Position numbers and translations under genes: made by a program. DNA of 64,000 nt from NCBI GenBank assembly GCA_036274155.1, contig DASUGH010000094.1, forward strand, positions 1,744-65,743, given 5' to 3'. Shown here piece by piece: positions 46,226 through 55,182 of the stretch. Under the pieces are notes generated by a model. It worked only from the letters and a program-made list of their open reading frames with translations. It was not told where the DNA came from and did no database searches. This DNA is from Vicinamibacterales bacterium (GTDB lineage Bacteria > Acidobacteriota > Vicinamibacteria > Vicinamibacterales > UBA2999). Every line of letters starts with the position of its first letter. Positions within the stretch are counted from its first letter, which is position 1.

Positions 46226-49222
46226 TTACACGGAGGGCACCACGGCTTCGACCTGGGTGCCCTCTCCAGGCGTCGAGGCAATCGTCACGCTGCCGCGCAC
46301 CTGCGCCGCACGCTCCTTCATGCTGATGACGCCGTAGTGCCCTGCCGCAGCGTCGAGAGCCCCCGGGTCGAACCCGCAGCCGTCGTCGCGAACGCGGACG
46401 CGCACGGCGTTGCCGCAGTACTCGAGATCGACTCCGACGTGCGTCGGCTGGCCGTGCTGGACGGCGTTGGTCAGGGCCTCCTGACAGATCAGGAGCAGCT
46501 GCTCCTGGGCGCGCGACGAGCATCGCTGGGGAGTGCCGGTCACCAGCATGTCGAGCGCAATCGGCCGGCCATCGATGACGCGCTGGCCGACATCGCGCAG
46601 CGCTTCCGGCAGCGGCCGCGACTCCGGCGATCGAAGATCCCAGATCGACTGCCGCGCATCCCGTATCGCGTCTTCGACGCGCCGACGCATGTGCAGCACC
46701 CGTTCGCGGAGCGTCGGCGGCGCCGACACCAGACCGTGCGACAGATCGTCCAGTTGAAGTGCGAGGCCGGCCAGCCCCTGCAGAAGCGTGTCGTGAATCG
46801 CGCGACTCATGCGGATCCGCTCGGCGAGCACCAGCGCGAACTGACGGCGGACGTGCCGCGCATGCAGCCGCCACGATCCGTACACCGCGGAAAAGGCGAC
46901 GACGAAGCAGAGCGCATAGAACCAGCCGGTCTGGTAGAACATGGGCGGAATCGAGAAGTCCAGCGCCGCCGCCTGCGCGCTCCACACGCCGTCGCCGATG
47001 CCGCCGCGCAGCTGGAACCGGTAGGGCCCGGGCGACAGATTCGTGTACGACGTCTGCCGCGTCGTGCCCGCGTCCACCCAGTCGTCGTCCACGCCGTCGA
47101 GGCGATACTGGAACTGCACCTGCGCCGAATCGGTCAGCGTCAGCGCGGTGAACGCAAACTGCACGTGTGAGGTCCGGGCCGGCAGACGCAGATTCGTCAC
47201 CGGATCGAAGCGCTTGGCGTCGGCCAGCACCGCTTCGATCTGGACCGGCACCGGCGGCCGCGAGGCGCCGATGTTCTCAGGATCGACGACGGTGACGCCA
47301 CCGCTTGTGGCAAACCACAAGCGGCCGTCGCGGCCGCGGGCCGCCGTCCGGCTGCCTTCCGTCACCGGTACGCCGGCGGCGCCATCCGCGCTGTTGAACA
47401 ACCGGTAGTGCAACCGGTAGTCGGATGTCCCGGCCGCCCTGGCGATTTCCTCTTTCTCGAGGCGGGCGATGCCGGTACGCAGTCCGAGCCAGAGGTCGCC
47501 CTTGTCGTCGTCGACGATCGAGTTGACGCTCGATGGCAGGCCGTTCTTGCGGGTGAGCGACAGGAACTCCCCGTTCGCGAGACGGCTGAGACCAGCTTCA
47601 CCGCCGAACCACATCGTGCCGATGCTGTCCTCGAAGATGGCGGTGATGCTGCCGATGCCGGGATCGAACGAGCGGAAAGCGCCGCCAGGATCGCGGACGC
47701 CGAGCCGCCCTCCCCTGGCGCCGATCCAGAGACGGCCGGCGCGATCCGCCGACAACGTCATCGCCGTCGTCTGGAAGACGCCGGGGATCTCGTCGATCGG
47801 CAGTTCTTCACCGGAATCGGCAAGGCGGCGGAGCCTGGAGCTGACATCGCGGACCCAGACGCTGCCGTCGGAGGTCGCGATCGAAAAGACGCGCTGCTCA
47901 CCCGACAGCTTGCGGATCAGCGTGAAGCGCTCGTCGGCAAAGCGGGCGAGCCCACCCTCGGTGGCCACCCACAACGTTCCCTGCGGATCGGCATACAGAG
48001 CCAGCACCACGATGCCGGGAAGGCCCTGCTGCTCCTGATAGTGCCTTCGGCCCGCTGCGGAAATTCGCGTCAGCCCGGCCGTCGTGCCCACCCACACACT
48101 TCCATCGGGCGTGGCCGACGTGCCGCGCGCAATCGGCAGGTCGGTCACCGGCGTCACCTTGTGCGGCGTCAATCGCTGCAACCCGGCGTGCGTTCCGACC
48201 CAGATGTTGCCTTCCCGGTCCTCGTACACGCATTGAATCGCGTCGTTCGCCAGTCCGTCCTTTGCGGTGATGACGTCGACCTGATGCGTGCGGGTACGGC
48301 CGCCGGCACCGTGCACACGCCAGAGGCCCTGCCCGCGTGTTGCCACCCACAGATTCCGGCGCCGATCGTGGATCAGCTGTACGCCCCACCCACGCTGCTG
48401 CCTGGCGGCACGCTGATCCGCGACGCGGCGGAACCCTTCACGAAAATCGCTGATCCAGACGCCGCCCTCGTCGTCCTCGCTGAACGCCTGCCAGATGTTG
48501 CTCGAGAGGCCAATCACCTCGACCTGCTCGAACCGTCCGCCCGCGGCGCCGCGGCGAAACACCGCATCGCGCGTGGCCACCCAGAAACGGCCCGCACGAT
48601 CGACGTGCATGGCCAGCACGGCGCGTCCTGCAAACGGGCTCTCGATATCTGCATGCTGCCAGCGGCGACCGTCGAACCGCAGCAGGCCACGGCCGGTGCC
48701 GGCCCAGATCGTGCCCGTTCGATCCTCGAGCAGCGATGTCGCGTAGCTGTCGAACCCGTCGCGCTCGCCGTACGACGTGATCGTGCCGCCGTGGATGCGT
48801 GAGACACCCGGACCGATCCCCACCCACAAGCTCCGATCGCTCGCGCTCAAGAGCGTCGTGACAGGCGAATCGGGCAAACGCGTCTCGCCGAGCCGGTTGA
48901 AGGGCTGGAAACGCACACCATCGAACCGCAGCACGCCGACGTCGGTGCCAATCCAGAGGTAGCCGTCCTGATCCTGCTCGATGGCAGTCAGCCGGCTGGC
49001 CGAGAGACCGTCGCTCTCGTTCCAGGTCGTCACGGTGAAGTCGTCCAGCCCGCGCGGGACGGGACCGGCAAGCACCGAGTGGCCCATCGCCATGGAGATC
49101 GCGCACGCCGCGATCACCTGGATGCGCTGCCTGGAGGAGCACAGCCTGGCGCGCAGCCACACGTGGCGCTCCGAATCGGCGGCACGCGGCAGCGAACGTG
49201 CGGTGTCGGTTTGTGTCGGCAT
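46226..49222 (-). CDS. sensor histidine kinase with periplasmic two-component-regulator propeller + Y_Y_Y domain, HisKA_3 and HATPase domains
   Basis: There are many Reg_prop-type repeats (DGYLWIGTDVGVLRFDG, GTIWAGTGRGLLRFDG, ...). The Y_Y_Y segment is VQFQYRLDGVDDDWVDAGTTRQTSYTNLSPGPYRFQL. TM helix WFYALCFVVAFSAVYGSW. H-box RMSRAIHDTL. The ATPase region is C-terminal. Confidence 0.9.
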   Translation of the reverse strand: MPTQTDTARSLPRAADSERHVWLRARLCSSRQRIQVIAACAISMAMGHSVLAGPVPRGLDDFTVTTWNESDGLSASRLTAIEQDQDGYLWIGTDVGVLRFDGVRFQPFNRLGETRLPDSPVTTLLSASDRSLWVGIGPGVSRIHGGTITSYGERDGFDSYATSLLEDRTGTIWAGTGRGLLRFDGRRWQHADIESPFAGRAVLAMHVDRAGRFWVATRDAVFRRGAAGGRFEQVEVIGLSSNIWQAFSEDDEGGVWISDFREGFRRVADQRAARQQRGWGVQLIHDRRRNLWVATRGQGLWRVHGAGGRTRTHQVDVITAKDGLANDAIQCVYEDREGNIWVGTHAGLQRLTPHKVTPVTDLPIARGTSATPDGSVWVGTTAGLTRISAAGRRHYQEQQGLPGIVVLALYADPQGTLWVATEGGLARFADERFTLIRKLSGEQRVFSIATSDGSVWVRDVSSRLRRLADSGEELPIDEIPGVFQTTAMTLSADRAGRLWIGARGGRLGVRDPGGAFRSFDPGIGSITAIFEDSIGTMWFGGEAGLSRLANGEFLSLTRKNGLPSSVNSIVDDDKGDLWLGLRTGIARLEKEEIARAAGTSDYRLHYRLFNSADGAAGVPVTEGSRTAARGRDGRLWFATSGGVTVVDPENIGASRPPVPVQIEAVLADAKRFDPVTNLRLPARTSHVQFAFTALTLTDSAQVQFQYRLDGVDDDWVDAGTTRQTSYTNLSPGPYRFQLRGGIGDGVWSAQAAALDFSIPPMFYQTGWFYALCFVVAFSAVYGSWRLHARHVRRQFALVLAERIRMSRAIHDTLLQGLAGLALQLDDLSHGLVSAPPTLRERVLHMRRRVEDAIRDARQSIWDLRSPESRPLPEALRDVGQRVIDGRPIALDMLVTGTPQRCSSRAQEQLLLICQEALTNAVQHGQPTHVGVDLEYCGNAVRVRVRDDGCGFDPGALDAAAGHYGVISMKERAAQVRGSVTIASTPGEGTQVEAVVPSV

Positions 49223-49463
49223 GGGCGTAGGGGCGCGATTCTCATCCCGTCCGGCGCATCAGTCAAACGAAATAGAGGCTTTGAACGATCTTCGTCCGGC
49301 GGTCGTACCTCGGACTGGGTATTGAAATCGGCGAGATCGGACCGTAGTGTTCCAGCGCCGCCGGTCGTCGATCCCTCCTGCCGACACAAGTCGTTCCGGC
49401 GGTTCTGCAAGTTCGTCGTGCACTTCAATCGCTAATCACCGCCGCGCTCCTGCCCGCTCCGTG

Positions 49464-49493
49464 GCACCGTGCGATGACGAAATCGCACGGTGC
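49464..49493. promoter_or_regulatory. perfect 12-bp-stem palindrome in the divergent control region between sensor kinase and TonB-receptor genes
   Basis: The sequence is GCACCGTGCGAT-gacgaa-ATCGCACGGTGC. A second small hairpin (CTACCT-ctgtct-AGGTAG) and a TATACT hexamer at about 49535 follow. Its function (operator or hairpin) is not established. Confidence 0.35.
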
Positions 49494-49677
49494 TCCTACC
49501 TCTGTCTAGGTAGTGTCCGCTGTCGGATCGATCGCTATACTCCGCGCCACTCACACACCTGTCTTCACAGTGATTCGCTGTCCTGCGTCTGGCGGACGGC
49601 CGACGAGCGCGCCATCGGCGTTGTCTTTCGCGTGATCGGATCGTGGTCGGGACGGGCGCTCAGGAGGTCGATCGGAG

Positions 49678-52600
49678 ATGCGCAGTTTTCTCAGGGGCTG
49701 TATCGTGCTTGCGGCGATCGTGGTCGTTCCCGGAACGGCGTTTTCGCAGGCGACGTTGACCGGCGTCGTGACCGACGCCTCTGGCGGCGTGCTTCCCGGG
49801 GTCACCGTGGAGACACGCAGCCCGGCACTCATCGAGCGCGTCCGCTCGACAACGACCGACAGCAGCGGCCGCTACCGGATCATCGAGCTGCCGCCGGGAG
49901 TCTACGAGGTGACGTTCGCGCTCCAGAGCTTCACGACCGTCAAACGCACCGGGATCGAGCTCGAAGGCACGTTCACGGCGACCGTGAACATCGACCTGAA
50001 GGTCGGCAATATCGAGGAGGCGGTGACCATTTCGGCAGAGACGCCGATCGTCAACGTCGCCAGCGCCAAACAGGAAGATGTCATACGCCGCGAGGACATC
50101 AGCTCGCTGCCGATCGCGCGCGACTGGTTCTCGATCGCCACGCTCGTCCCCGGCATGGTGGTCGGAACGAGTCAGGACATCGGCGGACTGACGAGCACGA
50201 AGGCCATCGTGACCAGCTTCAGCGATCATGGCGGCGCCAGTGCCGGACGAGGAACCGAAGGGCGTCTCATGGTCGACGGTCTCTCGACAGGCGCCTCGGC
50301 GCTCTTCGGCACCGGTTCCGGCGCGTACATGCCAGACATCTCCAACGCCCAGGAAGTGAGCGTCCTCACCTCCGGAGGTCTCGGTTCGTCGGAGACCGGC
50401 GGGCCGGTCATCAACGTCATCCCGCGTTCGGGCGGCAACCGCTGGGCGAGCTCCGCCTACTACAACTTCTCCAACAGTAAATTGCAGGGCGACAACATCA
50501 CCGACGAGCAGAAGCAGCGAAACCCGGCCCTGACCGCTCCCGTGTCGCTGATAAAGGCGCAGGATGTCAACTTCGGCGGCGGCGGACCGATCGCGCGCGA
50601 TCATGCGTGGTTCTGGGCCACCGCCCGCTGGAACATGCTCGACCAGAACAATTCGATCTTCTTCAACCTGAACGCCGGAGACCCGAACAAATGGACCTAC
50701 GAGCCGGGCGAGGCGGCGTTCGACGACACGAGGTTCCGGCAGTTCACCGGTCGCGCGACGTGGCAGGCAACGCGGCGTGACAAGTTCACCGCGTCATGGG
50801 ATCGATCGTACAAGGAGGTCTTCTACAAGGGCGGCGGCGGGCTGAGTGTTCCGGGCGTCGTGCCCGGAGCGTATGCCTCGCCGGAGGCGGGCATCACCTC
50901 GGACGCGCGGCCGCAGAACCTGGTGGGAGGAAGCTGGCAGCGGCCGCACTCGAACCGGCTTCTGTTCGACGCGAGCGTGTCGGTCTACCAGGCGCACACC
51001 GGCGGGCAGGAGCGGCCCACGAACGACAGTTCGCTGATCGGTGTACGCGATGTGGCAGCGAACATCCCGGGATTCGGCCAGACCGTCGACATCACGTACC
51101 GCTCGATGATTCAGATCGGCGACAACCTCTATCTCGCACCGCGCTGGCGTGCCGCCGCTTCCTACACCCGGTGGGGCCACAACATGCGCCTCGGCTACGA
51201 CGGCATCTACTTCGAGGAGACCTTCCGCAACAGCACCAACGACCAGTCGATCAACTACACGTTCAGGAACGGCACACCCGAGCAGTTCAACGTACGGGCG
51301 GTGAACGGCTTCTCGACCCCCTCACAGAACTGGACGCAGAACACCGGCGTGTACCTCGAAGATTCGTGGTCGCTCGAGCGGCTCACGCTGCAGGGCGCGC
51401 TGCGATTCGACTACGCGACGAGCGGGAACCCGGAAATCACCTACGGTCCCGGCAAGTATTTCGTCCTCACTCCGATCGTGCTTCCGAAACGGACCAGCGT
51501 CTCGGGCTACCGCGATCTGACGCCGCGCATGGGCGCCGCCTACGATCTGCTCGGCAACGGCAAGACCTCGATCAAGTTCAACTGGGGGAAGTACCTGCAG
51601 GAGGCGAGCAACGGCGGCAACTACAACCTGAACAACCCCGCCGCTCAGTTGAACAACAACGCCTACTCAGGGAGCGGCAACCGCGCCTGGACGGACAACA
51701 ACCGCGACTACGCCATCGACTGTGACATCACCAACCCCGCGGCACAGGGACCCACACAGACCGGCGTGCTGCAGACCGTCGATTCGTGCGGCGCCGTGAC
51801 GCTGGCGGCGCTCGGAACGCCAACGGCCAGCACGACGACCGTCGATCCGGACCTGCTTCACGGGTGGGATGTCCGGCCGAACGATACGCAGCTCGGTATC
51901 GCCGTTCAGCAGGAGATCCTGCCGCGGCTGTCGGTCGAAGTCGGCTATCGCCGCCGCTGGTTCGGGAACTTCACGTACACGAACAACTTCGGTACGGGGG
52001 CGGGATGCGGCGTCGGCCTGCTCGATTGCGTGACGTTCGACCAGTACGATGGCTACTCGATCCTGGCGCCCGTCGACGACAGGCTCGAGGGAGGCGGCGG
52101 CTACGTCATCAGCGGCCTCTACGATCCGAAGGCACAGTTCGGGACAGCCAACTTCACCACGCTCGAAGACGAGGCGCACAGACGGACGGTCCGGTGGCAG
52201 GGCGTGGACGTCAACTTCACGGCGCGCATGCGCAGCGGGCTCATCATCCGCGGCGGCTGGGTGATGGCGTCCACGCTGACCGACACCTGCAACACGATCG
52301 TGGACAACCCGGAGGGGCTTCGCACCTGCCGCAACATCACCCCCTGGGCGATCAACGCCAAGGGCTCGGTGGCCTACACGACGCCAAAGCTCTTCGGCCA
52401 GTCCGCCCTCGAGGGCTTCGTCGTCTCCACGGTGATCAACGCCAGGCCGCTCAACGCCAAGGCCGCCAACTACCTGGTGGCAAACTCCGTCATCCAGTCG
52501 GCGCTCGGTCGGGCGCCAACGGGCTCGACGGTGGTCGCCGGGGTCGCGCAGGGATCGGTCACCAAGAACATCCTCACCGACGATGAGCTCGTCCACCAGG

Positions 52601-52833
52601 AGAACCTGGACACGCAGTGGAATGCGGATTTCCGCGTCAGCAAGGTCATCCGACTCGCCCAGACCAAGCGTCTGGATCTCGGTGTCGACGTCTTCAACGT
52701 CCTGAACATCTCGTCGGTGACCAGCCGCGATCTTGCGTTTGCCGTCACCGGGGCAAATACCAACAACTGGCTCCGCCCGCAGTCGGTGCAGTCGGCCCGG
52801 TTCGCGAAGTTCTACGTGCAGTTCGATTTCTGA
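49678..52833 (+). CDS. TonB-dependent outer-membrane receptor with carboxypeptidase-regulatory-like N-terminal domain
   Basis: An AGGAGG RBS precedes the start. Signal peptide. The CarboxypepD_reg module is GVVTDASGGVLPGVTVETRSPALIERVRSTTTDSSGRYRIIELPPGVYEVTF. It is a long barrel ending ...YVQFDF. Confidence 0.8.
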   Translation: MRSFLRGCIVLAAIVVVPGTAFSQATLTGVVTDASGGVLPGVTVETRSPALIERVRSTTTDSSGRYRIIELPPGVYEVTFALQSFTTVKRTGIELEGTFTATVNIDLKVGNIEEAVTISAETPIVNVASAKQEDVIRREDISSLPIARDWFSIATLVPGMVVGTSQDIGGLTSTKAIVTSFSDHGGASAGRGTEGRLMVDGLSTGASALFGTGSGAYMPDISNAQEVSVLTSGGLGSSETGGPVINVIPRSGGNRWASSAYYNFSNSKLQGDNITDEQKQRNPALTAPVSLIKAQDVNFGGGGPIARDHAWFWATARWNMLDQNNSIFFNLNAGDPNKWTYEPGEAAFDDTRFRQFTGRATWQATRRDKFTASWDRSYKEVFYKGGGGLSVPGVVPGAYASPEAGITSDARPQNLVGGSWQRPHSNRLLFDASVSVYQAHTGGQERPTNDSSLIGVRDVAANIPGFGQTVDITYRSMIQIGDNLYLAPRWRAAASYTRWGHNMRLGYDGIYFEETFRNSTNDQSINYTFRNGTPEQFNVRAVNGFSTPSQNWTQNTGVYLEDSWSLERLTLQGALRFDYATSGNPEITYGPGKYFVLTPIVLPKRTSVSGYRDLTPRMGAAYDLLGNGKTSIKFNWGKYLQEASNGGNYNLNNPAAQLNNNAYSGSGNRAWTDNNRDYAIDCDITNPAAQGPTQTGVLQTVDSCGAVTLAALGTPTASTTTVDPDLLHGWDVRPNDTQLGIAVQQEILPRLSVEVGYRRRWFGNFTYTNNFGTGAGCGVGLLDCVTFDQYDGYSILAPVDDRLEGGGGYVISGLYDPKAQFGTANFTTLEDEAHRRTVRWQGVDVNFTARMRSGLIIRGGWVMASTLTDTCNTIVDNPEGLRTCRNITPWAINAKGSVAYTTPKLFGQSALEGFVVSTVINARPLNAKAANYLVANSVIQSALGRAPTGSTVVAGVAQGSVTKNILTDDELVHQENLDTQWNADFRVSKVIRLAQTKRLDLGVDVFNVLNISSVTSRDLAFAVTGANTNNWLRPQSVQSARFAKFYVQFDF

Positions 52834-52890
52834 GGCGATCCCGGTGCACCGGCCCGGGCTCCCGTGATATTCGGATCAAGGGGATCAGCG

Positions 52891-53997
52891 ATGAGAAATG
52901 ACAGATCTCGACATCGCGGTTGGCTGGAAGCGGCACTGGCGCTGGCGATTCTGGCCGTTGCGGTCTCGATGCGCGCCGACGGCCAGACGCGAGGCCAGGC
53001 GCCGCCCGGGCGCGGCCGCGCCGTCTTCTCGCTCTCCGATCCAGTGCCACAGGACCCGGCGCTCAAGGGCGCGATCGATTTGCACGCCCATCAGGATCCG
53101 GACAGCCAGGGCCCGAGCTACACGCAAGCCGCGCGATCGATCGATGCGTTCGACCTGGCCACCCGCGCCAAAGCGGCCGGCATGCGCGGCTTCGTGATCA
53201 AGCAGCACCTCGATCAGACGGCGGGGCTCGCGTATTACGTCCGCAAGATTCACCCCGATCTCGAGGTCTTCGGTGGGATGGGGTCGAACCTGACAACCGG
53301 TCCGAAAGTGAATCCCTGGGCGATCACTCACATGGCCGAGATCAAGGGCGGCTGGGGCCGGATCGTCTGGATGCCGAGCTGGGACTCGGAGAACAGCAGC
53401 CACCGGGTCACGACGCGCAAGCCGCCGGCGTTCATTGCGGTCGCGACCTGTGGCAACCAGCCGTTCTGGGCGAACTTTCCCAAACCGTGTGCAAACGGCG
53501 AGCTGTTGCCGGAAGTGAAGCAGGCGCTTCAGGTGATCGCGACGACGAAGACGAGAGACAGCAACGGCGATCTCGTCCTGGCCACCGGGCACAACTCTCA
53601 TGACGAAGTCGTGCTGATGGTTCGTGAAGCCGTCAAAGTCGGAGTCAAGCGGATCATCATCACTCACCCTCTTCTCGACATCGTCGACATGAACGACGCG
53701 GAGATCAAGGAGGTCGTGGCCATGGGCCCGGGGATCTACGCGGAGTTCACCTCACAGTTCGGAAATCCAAACGCCTCGCCGGCGACGGTGAAGCGGCACG
53801 TGAGCGCCATCCGGGCGGCGGGAGTGGAGCACGCCTTCGTGTCGACCGATGTCGGGCAGGCCGGGGCGACGTTTCACCCTGATGCGCTCGCGAACGCAGC
53901 CCGGGCACTCAGGGCGCAAGGGTTCACCGAGCAGGAGCTCGACCTCCTGTTCAAAATCAACCCTGCCACCATCCTCGGCCTGCCGGTCCCGAAATGA
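52891..53997 (+). CDS. HxH metal-dependent hydrolase-like protein (DUF6282-like), exported paralogue
   Basis: The ATG at 52891 gives the signal peptide (GWLEAALALAILAVAVSMRADG). Motifs are AIDLHAHQDPD, FVIKQHLD, KVNPWAITHM...GRIVWMPSWDS, LATGHN, IIITHPLLD and FVSTDVG. It starts 57 nt after the receptor gene. Confidence 0.55.
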   Translation: MRNDRSRHRGWLEAALALAILAVAVSMRADGQTRGQAPPGRGRAVFSLSDPVPQDPALKGAIDLHAHQDPDSQGPSYTQAARSIDAFDLATRAKAAGMRGFVIKQHLDQTAGLAYYVRKIHPDLEVFGGMGSNLTTGPKVNPWAITHMAEIKGGWGRIVWMPSWDSENSSHRVTTRKPPAFIAVATCGNQPFWANFPKPCANGELLPEVKQALQVIATTKTRDSNGDLVLATGHNSHDEVVLMVREAVKVGVKRIIITHPLLDIVDMNDAEIKEVVAMGPGIYAEFTSQFGNPNASPATVKRHVSAIRAAGVEHAFVSTDVGQAGATFHPDALANAARALRAQGFTEQELDLLFKINPATILGLPVPK

Positions 53998-54230
53998 CGT
54001 GTTCGATCAGCGCAATCCCGTTCGCCTTGCGACACCTGAGCACCTCGTCTGGGCACAGGGTGACGGAGTCTGGCGAGACGGGCGCGATCGGGGCGTGCTG
54101 AAGCCCGAATAGCCGGCAATTCCCGCCACCTGAATCGCCGCGATTGGCGCGCTGTCACAGAACAGCCGCTGACGCGGTCTGTACTGACATTCGACTGCGT
54201 TGCCGCGGCAGTCAGTCAACGGAGCATCAC

Positions 54231-55148
54231 ATGAGCTTGTCTACATCATCGACGTCGCTCCCCGCTCTCGCGTCGGGCGCGCGTGACGCGACGTCGCAGG
54301 CTGCGCTGGCGGCCCGGCGCAAAGCCTTTCGCTCGCTCCACGAGCGGGGATGTTTCGTGATTCCGAATCCGTGGGACATCGGCTCGGCGCGGTACCTCGA
54401 GCACCTGGGATTCCAGGCGCTGGCGACCACCAGTGCAGGCTTTGCGTTCTCGCAGGGGCTGCCTGACTCGGGCGCCGATGAGGTGATCACTCGCGAGCGG
54501 AGCCTTGCCTATATCGCCAGCATCGCAACCGCCGTCGATCTTCCGGTGAGCGCTGACTTCATGTCCGGCTACGGGCTCGAGCCCGAAGACGTGGCCGAGA
54601 GCGTCAGGCGCTGCGTGGCAACAGGAGTCGCCGGTCTCTCGATCGAGGACTCCACGGGCGAGCGCTCGTCGCCTCTCTATGACGTCTCGCGAGCCGTCGA
54701 TCGCCTGCGAGCGGCGCGAGAAGCCATCGACCAGTCAGGCGGCGATGTCCTCCTGACGGCGCGAGCCGAGTGCTATCACGTCGGCCATCCCGATCCGCTG
54801 CGCGAGAGTGTCCGCCGTCTGCAGGCGTACGCTGCAGCCGGGGCCGACGTGCTCTTCGCCCCGGGCCCGCAGAGCCGCGAAGACATCAAGGCGCTCGTCG
54901 ACGCGGTCGCGCCGAAACCGCTGAACCTCCTCGTGGTCCGGGACATTGGCATGAGTGTGCAGGAAATCGCGGCGCTCGGTGTTCGCCGAATCAGCGTCGG
55001 TGGCGCGCTGGCACTGGCGGCCTGGACCGGCTTCATCCGCGCCGCACGAATCCTGAGGTCCGAGGGAAGCTTTGCCGGACTCTCGGGCCTGGTGCCGTAC
55101 GCCGAGATCAACGACCTCTTCGACCTGAATCTCCGCGATCCCCAGTAG
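54231..55148 (+). CDS. isocitrate lyase / PEP mutase-family enzyme (2-methylisocitrate lyase-like)
   Basis: Motifs are PNPWDIGSARYLEHLGFQALATTSAGFA, DLPVSADFMSGYG, GLSIEDS and ADVLFAPG. The ATG at 54231 is preferred over the longer track ORF. Confidence 0.8.
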   Translation: MSLSTSSTSLPALASGARDATSQAALAARRKAFRSLHERGCFVIPNPWDIGSARYLEHLGFQALATTSAGFAFSQGLPDSGADEVITRERSLAYIASIATAVDLPVSADFMSGYGLEPEDVAESVRRCVATGVAGLSIEDSTGERSSPLYDVSRAVDRLRAAREAIDQSGGDVLLTARAECYHVGHPDPLRESVRRLQAYAAAGADVLFAPGPQSREDIKALVDAVAPKPLNLLVVRDIGMSVQEIAALGVRRISVGGALALAAWTGFIRAARILRSEGSFAGLSGLVPYAEINDLFDLNLRDPQ

Positions 55149-55182
55149 ACTCATTGGATCAAGGCTCGTGGTCCGATGATCC

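Noticed and set aside
49223-49677. Possible cobalamin or other riboswitch upstream of the TonB-dependent receptor.
   Set aside because: I could not find a B12-box-like consensus or the multi-stem layout expected. Only two simple hairpins are visible. A covariance-model scan (Rfam/Infernal) would be needed to exclude it fully.
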